Virus record (IMG/VR): IMGVR_UViG_3300014039_000032
Location: 6,209 to 70,208 of that record
Length of the DNA: 64,000 nt
Source: a virus
Lineage: Duplodnaviria; Caudoviricetes
Strand: one strand, 5' to 3'
Shown: positions 48,024 through 57,705 of the stretch, in pieces
Position numbering within the stretch: the stretch's first letter is position 1
How the letters are laid out: each line of letters opens with the position of its first letter
The notes under the pieces: generated by a model
What the model was told of the DNA's origin: nothing
The model's database searches: none
The model's input: the letters and a program-made list of their open reading frames with translations, nothing else
Made by a program: the position numbers and the translations under genes

Positions 48024-48563
48024 TTACGCGTTCTTCATGCAACGCAGGACAGCGGTCTTGACAACGTCAGCGCCGCACTCAATCTCGTGCAGACCCTCAA
48101 CGCGGAAGGTAGCACCGGAGGTAACAGACGCAGCGGGGGTGGCGAATTTGCCGTTAGCGGCAACACCGCAGAGCTGGCCAACCTGAGCCTGAGTGGGAAG
48201 GACGCCAGTCTGGAACGCCATAGCGTCAACCTCGATGCAGTCGAAGCCAGCAACGATGCCCTTGATGTCCATGGGCTTACCAGCGACGTTGTAGAACTCA
48301 CGAATGTCGTCATGAATCTGCATCTCAAGGGTCTTGCCAACCTCAGGGGTGGCGACGAGCCAAACGTTCACAGAGTTAGCCGCAGCGGGGGCAACCTCAT
48401 ACTGATAGCCAGTGATGTCGCCAGCGTCGGTCTTCGCAATCTTGGTAAGGGTAACGAGAGTGCCGTTATCAAGGTCGGCGGTGGCATAGATGCCAGTCAT
48501 GTTCAGGGCGTCAATATTTTCGCAAGCCATGAACGTAGTATTGCAAATGCCGTGTTTTGCCAT
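48024..48563 (-). CDS. Capsid decoration/cement-like protein
   Basis: Between scaffold and MCP; biased codons. Confidence 0.55.
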   Translation of the reverse strand: MAKHGICNTTFMACENIDALNMTGIYATADLDNGTLVTLTKIAKTDAGDITGYQYEVAPAAANSVNVWLVATPEVGKTLEMQIHDDIREFYNVAGKPMDIKGIVAGFDCIEVDAMAFQTGVLPTQAQVGQLCGVAANGKFATPAASVTSGATFRVEGLHEIECGADVVKTAVLRCMKNA

Positions 48564-48595
48564 AATTTTTCAATCTCCTTCTTAAAATATTTTTT

Positions 48596-49774
48596 TTAGT
48601 GTTGATTTCTCAGGCGAGTCCAAATATCCTCGGACTGCTTGTTCATCTTAGGTTCTTTCGGCATGGCGAACGTAAGCACGCCAGCCTCATCCTTCTTGAC
48701 GACCTTCTTGACCTCGCTAAAGCAAGCGGCTTTCACCTTATTGCTCCATGCGTCAAGATTGCCATCGGTGCAAGCCAGACCTTCATCACGGAAGGCGGCA
48801 AACTGATCGTCCGAAACAAACGGACGAACCTCAGCCATCACAGCCTCAACAGCACAAGCCGTCTCTTTGGCCATGGCGACCTGCTTGAACTTGCGAAGTT
48901 CCTCAAGCTCGGCGTCTTTCTCCATGATGATATGGTCGCGGTCTTCAACATCCTTAGAGAGTTGGTTAATCTTGGCCATCATCTCATCCTCAGACATCTT
49001 CTCCTCGCCCTTGTCATCAGGCTCTTCGGATTCCTCGCCATCAGGCTTTTCCTCTTCGAGCTTTTCGTCGCAAGCCATTTCCTCGTCCTGCTTCTCAGGC
49101 TCGGCCATTTCGACGGTAGGCTCTTCGACGACCTCGGTCTGCTCAACCTCGGCCATCTCGATGTTCTTCTCTTCCATCTTTTCCTCCTTTCCGTCAAACT
49201 TGGAATCAAGCTGACCATGAATTTTCTTGTAGTATCCCTCAGCGTCGCTTTCACTGAATCTCACCAGCTCAATATCGCTATCAGGGCAACTTGGGCGAAC
49301 ATTCTTGCCAAGAACCGTAATACCCTTAATATCAAATGCCGACGCATCTTCATCATTTTCATCAGCGAACTCAAAGCGAGCCTCAATACTTACAGCACGC
49401 TCATTGTCCTGCTCGGAGAAGATGTCGTAAAATTCAGCGGCGTAACGCTTGCTGATAATACCGTCCACATATGCCCGCAGATAACCATCGACGTCCTCTT
49501 CAAAGACAACCTCTTGGTCTTGCGGCACAATGCCAACAATATACTCGCCATCCGTATGCGTAGTAGCATCGCCAAACTGTACATCGGCAACAATCCATTT
49601 GCCAAGCGCAGACGGCGCAGACGCTCTCAGAACATCCTCACCAATGCCAATGCCATGACTGTTCGGCTTTGTAGAAATGAACCCAAGCCGCGCAATCGCG
49701 TACTCTTGCTCATCATAATCAGAAAATTCGATCTGCTTGATTTCTTCGACTGCAAACTTAATTTCTTTCTGCAA
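48596..49774 (-). CDS. Prohead protease-scaffold fusion
   Basis: N-terminal protease-like domain (H, AVSIE), highly acidic linker, coiled-coil C-terminus. Confidence 0.7.
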   Translation of the reverse strand: MQKEIKFAVEEIKQIEFSDYDEQEYAIARLGFISTKPNSHGIGIGEDVLRASAPSALGKWIVADVQFGDATTHTDGEYIVGIVPQDQEVVFEEDVDGYLRAYVDGIISKRYAAEFYDIFSEQDNERAVSIEARFEFADENDEDASAFDIKGITVLGKNVRPSCPDSDIELVRFSESDAEGYYKKIHGQLDSKFDGKEEKMEEKNIEMAEVEQTEVVEEPTVEMAEPEKQDEEMACDEKLEEEKPDGEESEEPDDKGEEKMSEDEMMAKINQLSKDVEDRDHIIMEKDAELEELRKFKQVAMAKETACAVEAVMAEVRPFVSDDQFAAFRDEGLACTDGNLDAWSNKVKAACFSEVKKVVKKDEAGVLTFAMPKEPKMNKQSEDIWTRLRNQH

Positions 49775-49809
49775 TCTTTCTCCTCCTTTCCTTAGAAATT
49801 TGGATTATA

Positions 49810-49977
49810 TTAAAGTTCACCAAGGAACTTCAATAACTTTTGTGTGCGTCTGAAATACAGACAGCCATCATCATCTTTGTACAGTGGGATAAATCCGTGC
49901 CGCGTAAGATCGATAGCTTCATCGCCATCGGCGCAATAGTACGCCGACACATCATCCGGATAGCCTAAAATAATCAT
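49810..49977 (-). CDS. Small hypothetical protein (55 aa)
   Basis: Read manually: MIILGYPDDVSAYY...; GAGGT SD. Confidence 0.5.
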   Translation of the reverse strand: MIILGYPDDVSAYYCADGDEAIDLTRHGFIPLYKDDDGCLYFRRTQKLLKFLGEL

Positions 49978-49986
49978 CTTGCTACC

Positions 49987-51549
49987 TCACTGGTCGTCGT
50001 TCTGCTGTGCAGATTCCGACTTGTCAACTGGGTCAAGCGCGGGACGACCGCCAGTTTCACCGCCATCCTTGCTCGTATTGGCGTTCATCAGCAGTTGCAA
50101 ATTCTTTGTCCAGCCCGTGTTCTTACTCGCCGCAAGACTACGCTCAAACAGCACAGGATTCATGCCCATAGCAGATGCCCATGCCGAGCTATCAAGGACA
50201 ATACCCTTGTCGGCATACTTGAACATCGTATCAATGCGCTGCTGACGCTCATAGCGATATGTCGCGCCATCAAACACAAACTGCCACTTAAACTTCTTGG
50301 TCAACTGATTGCCAAAGAACGTCATGAACTTGCCAAACTGGTCATAAAGCGGACGCATCGTCTGATACGTTTCATTCTGGCCAGCCTCAATCTCGGCATT
50401 GCTCATGCGGTCGGAGCTATAAATAACGCGGCTGACATTACTACCAATCGCCGCCGTAGAGCTGGATTGGTTGCTATACATATCAGGATTTTTGTCCTCA
50501 TACTGGAAGAACTTGTTATCAGCGGTCGGCATAGCGGCAACTTTAAGAGTATTCCCCAGACCTTGCTTCACCTTTCCCATCAAAGAACCAAGCGTTTTCA
50601 AATCTATTGAAAATTGGTTTTTCTGTGTGCCAGATTTAGCATTATCAAATAATTGAATAGCACCAGCTAAAATACCATAAGCAGAGTTCATATCTTTATC
50701 CAACTGTAACTGCTGAACTTCATCATCCGTAATGGCATTCTTTAACAATGGAGCAAGATAAGGCGTAGTATTAAAGTTGCTAAGATTCAACTTAAATGCG
50801 AAGGCTCCATCCGTAGGTGAAGTCTGCGTCCACATAGCGTAAGTGCCAATGCGGTCGTTAAACGGATTGGTTGGCCTATAGCTTTCGATAGATTTTGCCT
50901 CAGCTCCAAACACGCGTTGATAGTAACGCTTGAACGCAGGGTCGTAAGCATCAATGTCAACAGATGGTTGGAGAAAATACGACATATCAAAATCAAACAA
51001 CGGGCAAACATCGCTCATTGCTGTCATCATGCAATAGTCTTGAGGCAACATCTGTAAGGCATACCGCATCTGACCTTTATTGCCCCACTTAGTTTTGCGC
51101 CACCAACAATAATATACTTCATGTAGCAAAATCTGCTCGACTACTTTTCTGAACTCGCCCTTATAGTCAAACTTTAACAGAAAATCATCAATTCGCTTCT
51201 TGTCGTCTTTGTATGCCTTTGTATTATAATCGGATTCGTTGGCGTTGATGCATACGTACTGCAAATCAAATGCTAAAGCATTGGCATAGCTCTTAACTGT
51301 TTTCGCAAAAAGCATATCAAAGAAATTCATATATTCCATGTAGCTATGAATTGTCTCTGCGTTATTCCGATAATCAGACAATGCTTTTCTAACCGATTGT
51401 GATGTGGCCTCTCGCGCATCATTATTAAGATTCTGCAATAAAGCATTTGACATAAAAGGAGACCAAGCTCCATACATTTCACCATAAGCCATACCAGTGG
51501 CAAATTCTACAAGCCCTTCTACTTGTTCTCGTGTTAATTTTTCAGACAC
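49987..51549 (-). CDS. Portal protein
   Basis: 520 aa directly after terminase (plus HNH) and before protease. Confidence 0.75.
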   Translation of the reverse strand: MSEKLTREQVEGLVEFATGMAYGEMYGAWSPFMSNALLQNLNNDAREATSQSVRKALSDYRNNAETIHSYMEYMNFFDMLFAKTVKSYANALAFDLQYVCINANESDYNTKAYKDDKKRIDDFLLKFDYKGEFRKVVEQILLHEVYYCWWRKTKWGNKGQMRYALQMLPQDYCMMTAMSDVCPLFDFDMSYFLQPSVDIDAYDPAFKRYYQRVFGAEAKSIESYRPTNPFNDRIGTYAMWTQTSPTDGAFAFKLNLSNFNTTPYLAPLLKNAITDDEVQQLQLDKDMNSAYGILAGAIQLFDNAKSGTQKNQFSIDLKTLGSLMGKVKQGLGNTLKVAAMPTADNKFFQYEDKNPDMYSNQSSSTAAIGSNVSRVIYSSDRMSNAEIEAGQNETYQTMRPLYDQFGKFMTFFGNQLTKKFKWQFVFDGATYRYERQQRIDTMFKYADKGIVLDSSAWASAMGMNPVLFERSLAASKNTGWTKNLQLLMNANTSKDGGETGGRPALDPVDKSESAQQNDDQ

Positions 51550-51566
51550 TACTTCACTCTCCTTTC

Positions 51567-52316
51567 TTAATTATTCTCGATGTAATAAGATAGCCCCAAA
51601 TCCTTAAAACGGTCAGGAATCTTGTTTGTTCTCAACCAATTCCGCATAGTTTCATCTTTAACATTATATTTTTTCGCGCAATCTTTTACACAATCAAACA
51701 CAATGCCATCACAAACACATTTTCGTGCGGTTGGATTTTTACCGCCATCATATTTTCCTTTATGAGAGAGAGATAATTTTTCCTTCGTCTCTTTAGATAA
51801 ATGCTTGCCATACATATGGTTTTCTTTGCCCACGTACTTGCCTTTTTTAGCTTCAGACATCTTTTTACGAGATTCTAAAGAATATTTATTGCCTCTTTGG
51901 GCTTCCGCCATTTTTCGTTTGGTTTCATCTGTTCTTTTCTTGCCATAGTTAGGAGACTGCTGGCCAGTTTTCCCATATAAAGGATGGTTCTCACCAGAAC
52001 AGAATTTTAATCTGGCTCTTCGAGCTTTCTCCCAATCTTCAGCAGAAACGTTGTAATGGCGGCCATTTGCATCTACATTTGTGCACATGAAGTGCCAAGC
52101 AATTTGAGCTTCTCTGCACTCTGGGTTTTCCATTGCAAACAATTTATGCGCCTCATAGTGTTCAGTCCCCATTAAATCAATTAGATTTTCTTTATCGTCA
52201 GTCCCACCAAGCGATTTCATCATAATATGATGTCTTTCTTTGTATCCTTTATAATTCTTGTCAACAAAACGCCCTCGCGTGTCTAAAATGTTTTGAATAA
52301 ATTCGTTGTAAGTCAT
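51567..52316 (-). CDS. Free-standing HNH endonuclease with NUMOD3 repeats
   Basis: ERHHIMMKSLGG.D..ENL..L...EH..AH; repeated GKKRTDETKRKM / GKHLSKETKEKLS. Confidence 0.85.
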   Translation of the reverse strand: MTYNEFIQNILDTRGRFVDKNYKGYKERHHIMMKSLGGTDDKENLIDLMGTEHYEAHKLFAMENPECREAQIAWHFMCTNVDANGRHYNVSAEDWEKARRARLKFCSGENHPLYGKTGQQSPNYGKKRTDETKRKMAEAQRGNKYSLESRKKMSEAKKGKYVGKENHMYGKHLSKETKEKLSLSHKGKYDGGKNPTARKCVCDGIVFDCVKDCAKKYNVKDETMRNWLRTNKIPDRFKDLGLSYYIENN

Positions 52317-52325
52317 AATCTAAGT

Positions 52326-52403
52326 CCTCCCAAACTTAAATTTTATTTGAGCAGTAATCCAATTGTGGGAGCAATCAGAAACACCCGTCGATGCTGTCCT
52401 GCT
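52326..52403 (-). ncRNA. Candidate cis-regulatory leader RNA (same architecture as 9265-9356)
   Basis: AGCAG/CTGCT closing stem, AGCATC-GACG-GGTGTT hairpin, TCTGATTG/CAATTGGA hairpin with loop CTCCCA complementary to TGGGAG in the SD. Confidence 0.55.
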
Positions 52404-52411
52404 TTATAAAC

Positions 52412-54253
52412 TTACCAGACAAGCTCGATATCATCGAGGTCGTCATCGTCAGTTTGTTGTTGTCTGAGCCATTCATTCTCAATATAATCAAAAATCAAAA
52501 GCCCCATCGCGCAAGTGACAGCGCGGTCTCGATGGCCACCTCTCGGTGCTTCGAGCTTGATGTTGTCGTTCTTGATTTCCGTCTTGAGATTAACCGCCTC
52601 AGAAATCAATAAATCGGTTTGTCCATAGGGCGCAAGAGCTTCGGCAAGTTGCTCTGCGCTCATCTTAAAATATTCTCCAGAGTCCTCCAGCTCAGCTTGC
52701 TTCTCGCTCATGCCCACCAACAACTTCACCGTACCACGTTCAAGCGCACGCTTCATCGAACGCCAATACGCCGTGTTAAGCGCAGCCGTGCCAAAAATGG
52801 GGATGACGCAATGCACGCCGTCTTTGTCAACCGCTTTAGAGCGGTAGTAATCCAGCTTATCATTCGGCGCAACTTGATACTTGTACTCATCAGCAATCGT
52901 CAAGCCACGCGATGGAATATTTGACCCATACTGGCCATCATATGGCTTACTTAACGAGTTCATAACAGCTTCGCCACCAGAACGACCATCTGGCACAAGA
53001 TAATCGGCTTGATAGAGCCAGTACAGTTCCTTAAGTCTATCAGAGCATCCATCCGCATCATCTGCGGTTGGCAAAAGCTCAATGTAGTCGATGTGCCGCT
53101 CAAAATGGTCTTTCTTCCAAATGCCGCTAATACAAAACGCGATACTGTTATCTGACTCATTGCTTGCCGATTTTGTTTCAGTCCAAGCAAAGTCGGAAAC
53201 TACGAGACGCACCTCATTCTCGCGTTTCTTGCGATTGTCAATCTCGTTTCCAACAATAAAATCAACGGGAGTTGGCGGTGTAAAGCACTTCTCAAGAATT
53301 TGGTTCTTCTTGAGTGATTCAAGGCTAAAGAACGCATCCTCGGTGTTACCCACCGCTTCATTAAGGTAGTTCATTCGGAACTCAATGTCCCCGTTGATTC
53401 TTTTGGCTCGACGAAAATCACCCCAAGTCTTGAGGTTGTTAGCAATACTCACAAAGAAGTCAGAAGCCTCGACATTATATTTTGTTCGTTTGTCCTGATA
53501 ATAGCCCGTTACGCAATCCTTCCACGTTCTATACCACCACATGAACGAATAAAATGACGATGTAAGATAGACCGCCTTAGATTCTTCGACCCATCGCTTA
53601 TTCTTGGCATAAATTGGATTGCTCAAATAAACCGCTTGGCGCGGGAAAAGCATGCCATCGAAGATATCATCAATGTCGCCTTTCTTCATCACGGCCACCT
53701 CATCATAGATGGTAAACGTGCTTCGGCTACCCTTGGCACTCGGTGTAGGCGCTAAGACCTTGAGCGTTGAACCATTGAGCGTACATTTGATGATGTAGCA
53801 ATCCGAAGGCTTAGTAATCACGAGCCATTCCTGCTCATAATAATACCGCAACAGCGGCGATATCTTCAAGATAAGTTCGGCGATGATTTTATCGTCAACA
53901 ATCTTGTTCGCTTGGTCAGATGTGGTTGCCGTAATAACGACCCACGAGTTCGGATAAAGCAACATTTTGATGATTGCCGCAAGTGCTGTAATGAACGACT
54001 TAGCCGTGCCTCGGCTTGCTCGCCAAAAGAACACGTCCGACACGCCAATCAGATGAAGTGCGTGTCGTTGGAATGGCTTCAATCTAATGCCAAGAGCAAC
54101 CTCAGCAAAGATGTCCCAATTTCTCCGAAACATCGTCGTCCATTCAATGACATTCGCCTCAACATCTGGATTGATATGCCCATTGCTATCAACAGCTCGC
54201 GCAAGATTATTCTGCATGAACCGTCGACGTAATGCTCCTGTCGCAGATTTCAT
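52412..54253 (-). CDS. terL: Terminase large subunit
   Basis: ASRGTAKSF Walker A, IYDEVA Walker B, VVSDFA and RDRAV nuclease aspartates. Confidence 0.88.
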   Translation of the reverse strand: MKSATGALRRRFMQNNLARAVDSNGHINPDVEANVIEWTTMFRRNWDIFAEVALGIRLKPFQRHALHLIGVSDVFFWRASRGTAKSFITALAAIIKMLLYPNSWVVITATTSDQANKIVDDKIIAELILKISPLLRYYYEQEWLVITKPSDCYIIKCTLNGSTLKVLAPTPSAKGSRSTFTIYDEVAVMKKGDIDDIFDGMLFPRQAVYLSNPIYAKNKRWVEESKAVYLTSSFYSFMWWYRTWKDCVTGYYQDKRTKYNVEASDFFVSIANNLKTWGDFRRAKRINGDIEFRMNYLNEAVGNTEDAFFSLESLKKNQILEKCFTPPTPVDFIVGNEIDNRKKRENEVRLVVSDFAWTETKSASNESDNSIAFCISGIWKKDHFERHIDYIELLPTADDADGCSDRLKELYWLYQADYLVPDGRSGGEAVMNSLSKPYDGQYGSNIPSRGLTIADEYKYQVAPNDKLDYYRSKAVDKDGVHCVIPIFGTAALNTAYWRSMKRALERGTVKLLVGMSEKQAELEDSGEYFKMSAEQLAEALAPYGQTDLLISEAVNLKTEIKNDNIKLEAPRGGHRDRAVTCAMGLLIFDYIENEWLRQQQTDDDDLDDIELVW

Positions 54254-55119
54254 CGCTCATCCCTCGGAATATCAGGATAATCACGCGAACCAGCAATGGC
54301 ATTACGCAAGCATCGCATATCCTCTGCGCGGTCTTTCTCATGTCCGCACATATCAACGTACTTTGCAACATCTTCACATTCAGCGGGCTTGGTCGTCTCA
54401 ATCATAGCAATGAGCTTTTCAAACGCAATGCGCGAATCCGACTTGTCGGCAGCGCTTGAGAAATCCGAGATTTTAAGCAACTTCATCAGGTCGACAATTT
54501 CCTTGGTCGTCTGGCCCTTATCATCATCGCCTTTGAATTTGCGCAACTCGGCTTTGCACAAATCGCGATATCGTAACATCATGCCAACATCCATCTCTGG
54601 AATATCGTTAGTATATCCATCGAAATATTCATCGAGCCGCTGACAATCATCGTCGTCGTAATCTTTGCCCCAAACTCTATCCCATTGCTTGCGCTGTGCA
54701 TCCATATCTTTCTGCATCGGCTCTTCGGGCGATTGCTCAACGCCAAGGTCGACAAACTCTGAAAGCTGCATATCGCTATCAAAGATGCCACGATATTGAA
54801 CGCCTCCATCTTTGAGCAACGCAAGGTAAAGCCCAAACGGCTCAGGTCGACGCCCCTTACCATCAAGCCCATCATACTGAGCCTTGAGCAAGTTGAACTT
54901 CTCGCGTAACAGTGGAACACCCAGCTCCATGCAGAGACACCACAATGCGCCCCATCTTGAATCGAGCGCCTTAGACGCAGCGTAATATTTCTTACTTACG
55001 CATTCGCGGCAATATGGCAAAAATTCGCCAGAAGCAATGGGACTTGGATAGAATTTCGCCTTGTCCTTTACTGTAGAACAGCAAGGGCAATAGCGCTGTT
55101 TTGCTCTATTTAATTCCAT
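54250..55119 (-). CDS. Putative terminase small subunit (N-terminal CxxC...CxxC)
   Basis: Coupled upstream of terL; position matches SPbeta-like packaging modules. Confidence 0.5.
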   Translation of the reverse strand: MELNRAKQRYCPCCSTVKDKAKFYPSPIASGEFLPYCRECVSKKYYAASKALDSRWGALWCLCMELGVPLLREKFNLLKAQYDGLDGKGRRPEPFGLYLALLKDGGVQYRGIFDSDMQLSEFVDLGVEQSPEEPMQKDMDAQRKQWDRVWGKDYDDDDCQRLDEYFDGYTNDIPEMDVGMMLRYRDLCKAELRKFKGDDDKGQTTKEIVDLMKLLKISDFSSAADKSDSRIAFEKLIAMIETTKPAECEDVAKYVDMCGHEKDRAEDMRCLRNAIAGSRDYPDIPRDER

Positions 55120-55140
55120 ATCCCCTCAATCCTTTTATTC

Positions 55141-55600
55141 AATATGCAAAGATAGCGAGCCAGTGCGCAACCAGCCCGCTATCTCGCCACAATATTCAGT
55201 TGTAATCCCGAAACTGTGTCGGGCCATACGGCGTTACGCCTACTGTGTAACACCACTGGTAGTTTCGCCGTTGCTTCGGCGACTTGCCAGAGATTTTCGA
55301 CCACCTCCTTTCAAACTTTAGCCTGAATCTTCCAGACAGTTGGTTGCAAGTGAGATGACCTCCTCTCTTTCGAGAAATTTTCTCGCGCCTACGGTCTTAG
55401 CCTGTCAGCTCAAGTAAGCGCTACATTCATATATCCAAACTTCCTCGGGCGGGTCTGATGCCCCACAAGCGTTTCAGACACAATCACTTTATAATCGCCC
55501 GAGAAAGATTGAATCAATATTAAAACTGGACAAAATTTCCTTCCAAGTGTGCCCTCAACGGCTTTTACACTCTGCCTCGATTGCGAGACTTTGACCAGCC
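55141..55600 (-). ncRNA. Hairpin-dense non-coding region (candidate structured RNA)
   Basis: About 460 nt with no convincing ORF and at least 8 inverted repeats; no tRNA cloverleaf seen. Confidence 0.45.
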
Positions 55601-55604
55601 TTAA

Positions 55605-56792
55605 TCAAAGATAATAATTGCGACTCCAAGTTTTCCCTTGGTCGTCTGTGTACATCGCCATATAGGCACTGGGTCTGGCCGATACGCGGATACGCTTTGC
55701 AAATGTATCCACGCCAACAATCGAGCCAACTCGCGTCAGCAACCTATCGCCAACATCGGCGTATCCAATCGCCTTGGATTCAGGACGATGCAGATGACCA
55801 GCCAGAATTTCGTCGCAATCGACATTGTACAGATTGCCAAAATAATCTAACGTGGTCTTGAGGTCTTTATCTTCGCCATGCTGGAACATAATGTTCGTAC
55901 CACGGATTGTTTTGATGGCAACATCTTGATAGTCGTCAACCTTAATATCGTCAAATCCTGCGAGCCTGAGCTTTAAGAACTCAACCACAATCTTAATCAG
56001 ATTCTCACCCTCAAACTGCGGACGAGACGTTAAGAGCCTCGCGACGTCGTGATTTCCGCCGACTGTTACAACATTGATTGGGCAATCCAGATACTCAGAC
56101 ACAGCCACCAGCCATTCAGCCATAAACTCGCCAAAGCGAATCACGGTATCAACAACTGGTTCGCGCAACTTGGTTAAACTCGAATCCCTGAGAATATTCT
56201 CGAAGCAGTCGCCCAAAATCGCCACAGTCAAATCATCAAACGCAAGGTCGTCATCGGCAATCTTGTCGAGCAAGCTCCACATCCTCGTGCACATGATGTC
56301 CCAACTATAAGCGTTGACAATCTCGCCGTACATCCCCTTGATTTCAAAAGTTGAGCCAGCGTGGAAGTCGGAAATAGCCAGCAACGCCGTAGTCTTGGTG
56401 TTAAAATCAATCGGGTGGTACTTGACGCACTGTCGTTTGATTGGCTCAAGGCGATTCACGGCGGCAATCAGTTGCTCGTAGAACATATCATTTCGAGCTT
56501 CTGCGCGTTGAGCCGCATTGTATTCGAGGTTCGCCGTCTGCACTTTTAGCTTCTCAGCCTTGATATCATCCAGCAGCCTTCTCAGCCCAGCTTCATCATC
56601 GCCAGTTTCAATTTGCTCATCATCGAGATTTTTGACAAAGATGGCGAACACCTTTGCCGCACGTCTTAGGTACTCATCAGAGTACACTCCACGGTAATCC
56701 TCACCAAGCACCTCAGCCACCCATTGCTGATGGTCAATCAGCTTGGCGTCAAGATTCTCCGTCGCCAGTTTCGTTTTCTGTAGGTACGTCAT
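55605..56792 (-). CDS. Calcineurin-like metallophosphoesterase
   Basis: ISDFH, LGDCFE, GGNHD, QHG, GHLH. Confidence 0.85.
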   Translation of the reverse strand: MTYLQKTKLATENLDAKLIDHQQWVAEVLGEDYRGVYSDEYLRRAAKVFAIFVKNLDDEQIETGDDEAGLRRLLDDIKAEKLKVQTANLEYNAAQRAEARNDMFYEQLIAAVNRLEPIKRQCVKYHPIDFNTKTTALLAISDFHAGSTFEIKGMYGEIVNAYSWDIMCTRMWSLLDKIADDDLAFDDLTVAILGDCFENILRDSSLTKLREPVVDTVIRFGEFMAEWLVAVSEYLDCPINVVTVGGNHDVARLLTSRPQFEGENLIKIVVEFLKLRLAGFDDIKVDDYQDVAIKTIRGTNIMFQHGEDKDLKTTLDYFGNLYNVDCDEILAGHLHRPESKAIGYADVGDRLLTRVGSIVGVDTFAKRIRVSARPSAYMAMYTDDQGKTWSRNYYL

Positions 56793-57306
56793 CCTGTTCT
56801 CCATTCTTTCCATTCAACTTCTTGGCAAGCAACGCCTCAAACGCACCACTTTCCTTGTGGGCTTTCTGGCTTGCCTCAATCATTTTCTTGAGAGCATTAT
56901 TTTCTTCCTCAAGCTGTTGCATACGAGCCATACGCGCATAATCACGCTGGCTCAGTACATTATTCTTAGCACGTCGGCGAGCTGCAACCGTCACGGCGCG
57001 TCCATTGATGTCATTGATGAAATCATCGGCGTTGTGCCATACCGGAACATATCTGGCGGGCTGGAGGTAATGAACCTTCTGGCCAGTCTTTGGGTCTGTC
57101 TGCTCTTGAATATATTCCTCTACGCGGCGGCAATCAAAATGGCCAAGCCCAGGCAGATTGCAATATTGGCTATAATACAAGTTTCGCTTGATGACCTCAC
57201 AGAACACGCGCCACCACTTCTTCGCCACATCGACATCCTTGCTGTCGTTCAAACGCAAAGCCTCAAGATAAAATTCTTTTTCATTCGGTCTGCCCATTGT
57301 CTTCAC
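56749..57306 (-). CDS. HU/IHF-like DNA-binding protein
   Basis: LPGLGHF...PARYVP.W..F pattern. Confidence 0.55.
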   Translation of the reverse strand: MKTMGRPNEKEFYLEALRLNDSKDVDVAKKWWRVFCEVIKRNLYYSQYCNLPGLGHFDCRRVEEYIQEQTDPKTGQKVHYLQPARYVPVWHNADDFINDINGRAVTVAARRRAKNNVLSQRDYARMARMQQLEEENNALKKMIEASQKAHKESGAFEALLAKKLNGKNGEQDDVPTENETGDGES

Positions 57307-57646
57307 CAGCCATTTCTTTTATCGTCGCCTTTCGAAGACGGTCTCTAAGAGCACTGTTAATGCGAAACGTCATATAACGATATGTTCTCGTCTTCGTCGT
57401 TTCTTCAACTTGCTTTGTCAGTACGTTGAAATATTTTGACCCTGCTGGTGAAATCTTGTCTTTATGGTCTAACGTCCCAAGGCGAGGCAAAGGAACGGAA
57501 ACACCAGCAAGCATACATTCCTCAACCATCTCGGCGTAAGCATCAAACACCTTGAGCACATCTTGTCGTTTCACAAAAGTGCGCCGACTAACCTCTTCCG
57601 CCATCTCGTTTGGCGTTAGTTTCGGCCCACGAACTTTTCTCAACAT
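57281..57646 (-). CDS. HU/IHF-like DNA-binding protein
   Basis: EMAEEVSRRT...DVLKVFDAY...V.LPRLGTL...F..N..LRD. Confidence 0.7.
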   Translation of the reverse strand: MLRKVRGPKLTPNEMAEEVSRRTFVKRQDVLKVFDAYAEMVEECMLAGVSVPLPRLGTLDHKDKISPAGSKYFNVLTKQVEETTKTRTYRYMTFRINSALRDRLRKATIKEMAGEDNGQTE

Positions 57647-57705
57647 ATAGTTCCTTTCTCCCCTATTGGGACACAATTTTTGGTATTGTCATCTTACACA
57701 AATCC

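Noticed and set aside
28340-50610. Many long + strand ORFs opposite structural genes (e.g. 30103-31254, 47056-48186, 48599-49795)
   Set aside because: Antisense shadows caused by codon bias; no SD and no motifs.
55141-55600. tRNA or tmRNA genes
   Set aside because: No cloverleaf, TTCRA T-loop or CCA end found on either strand.
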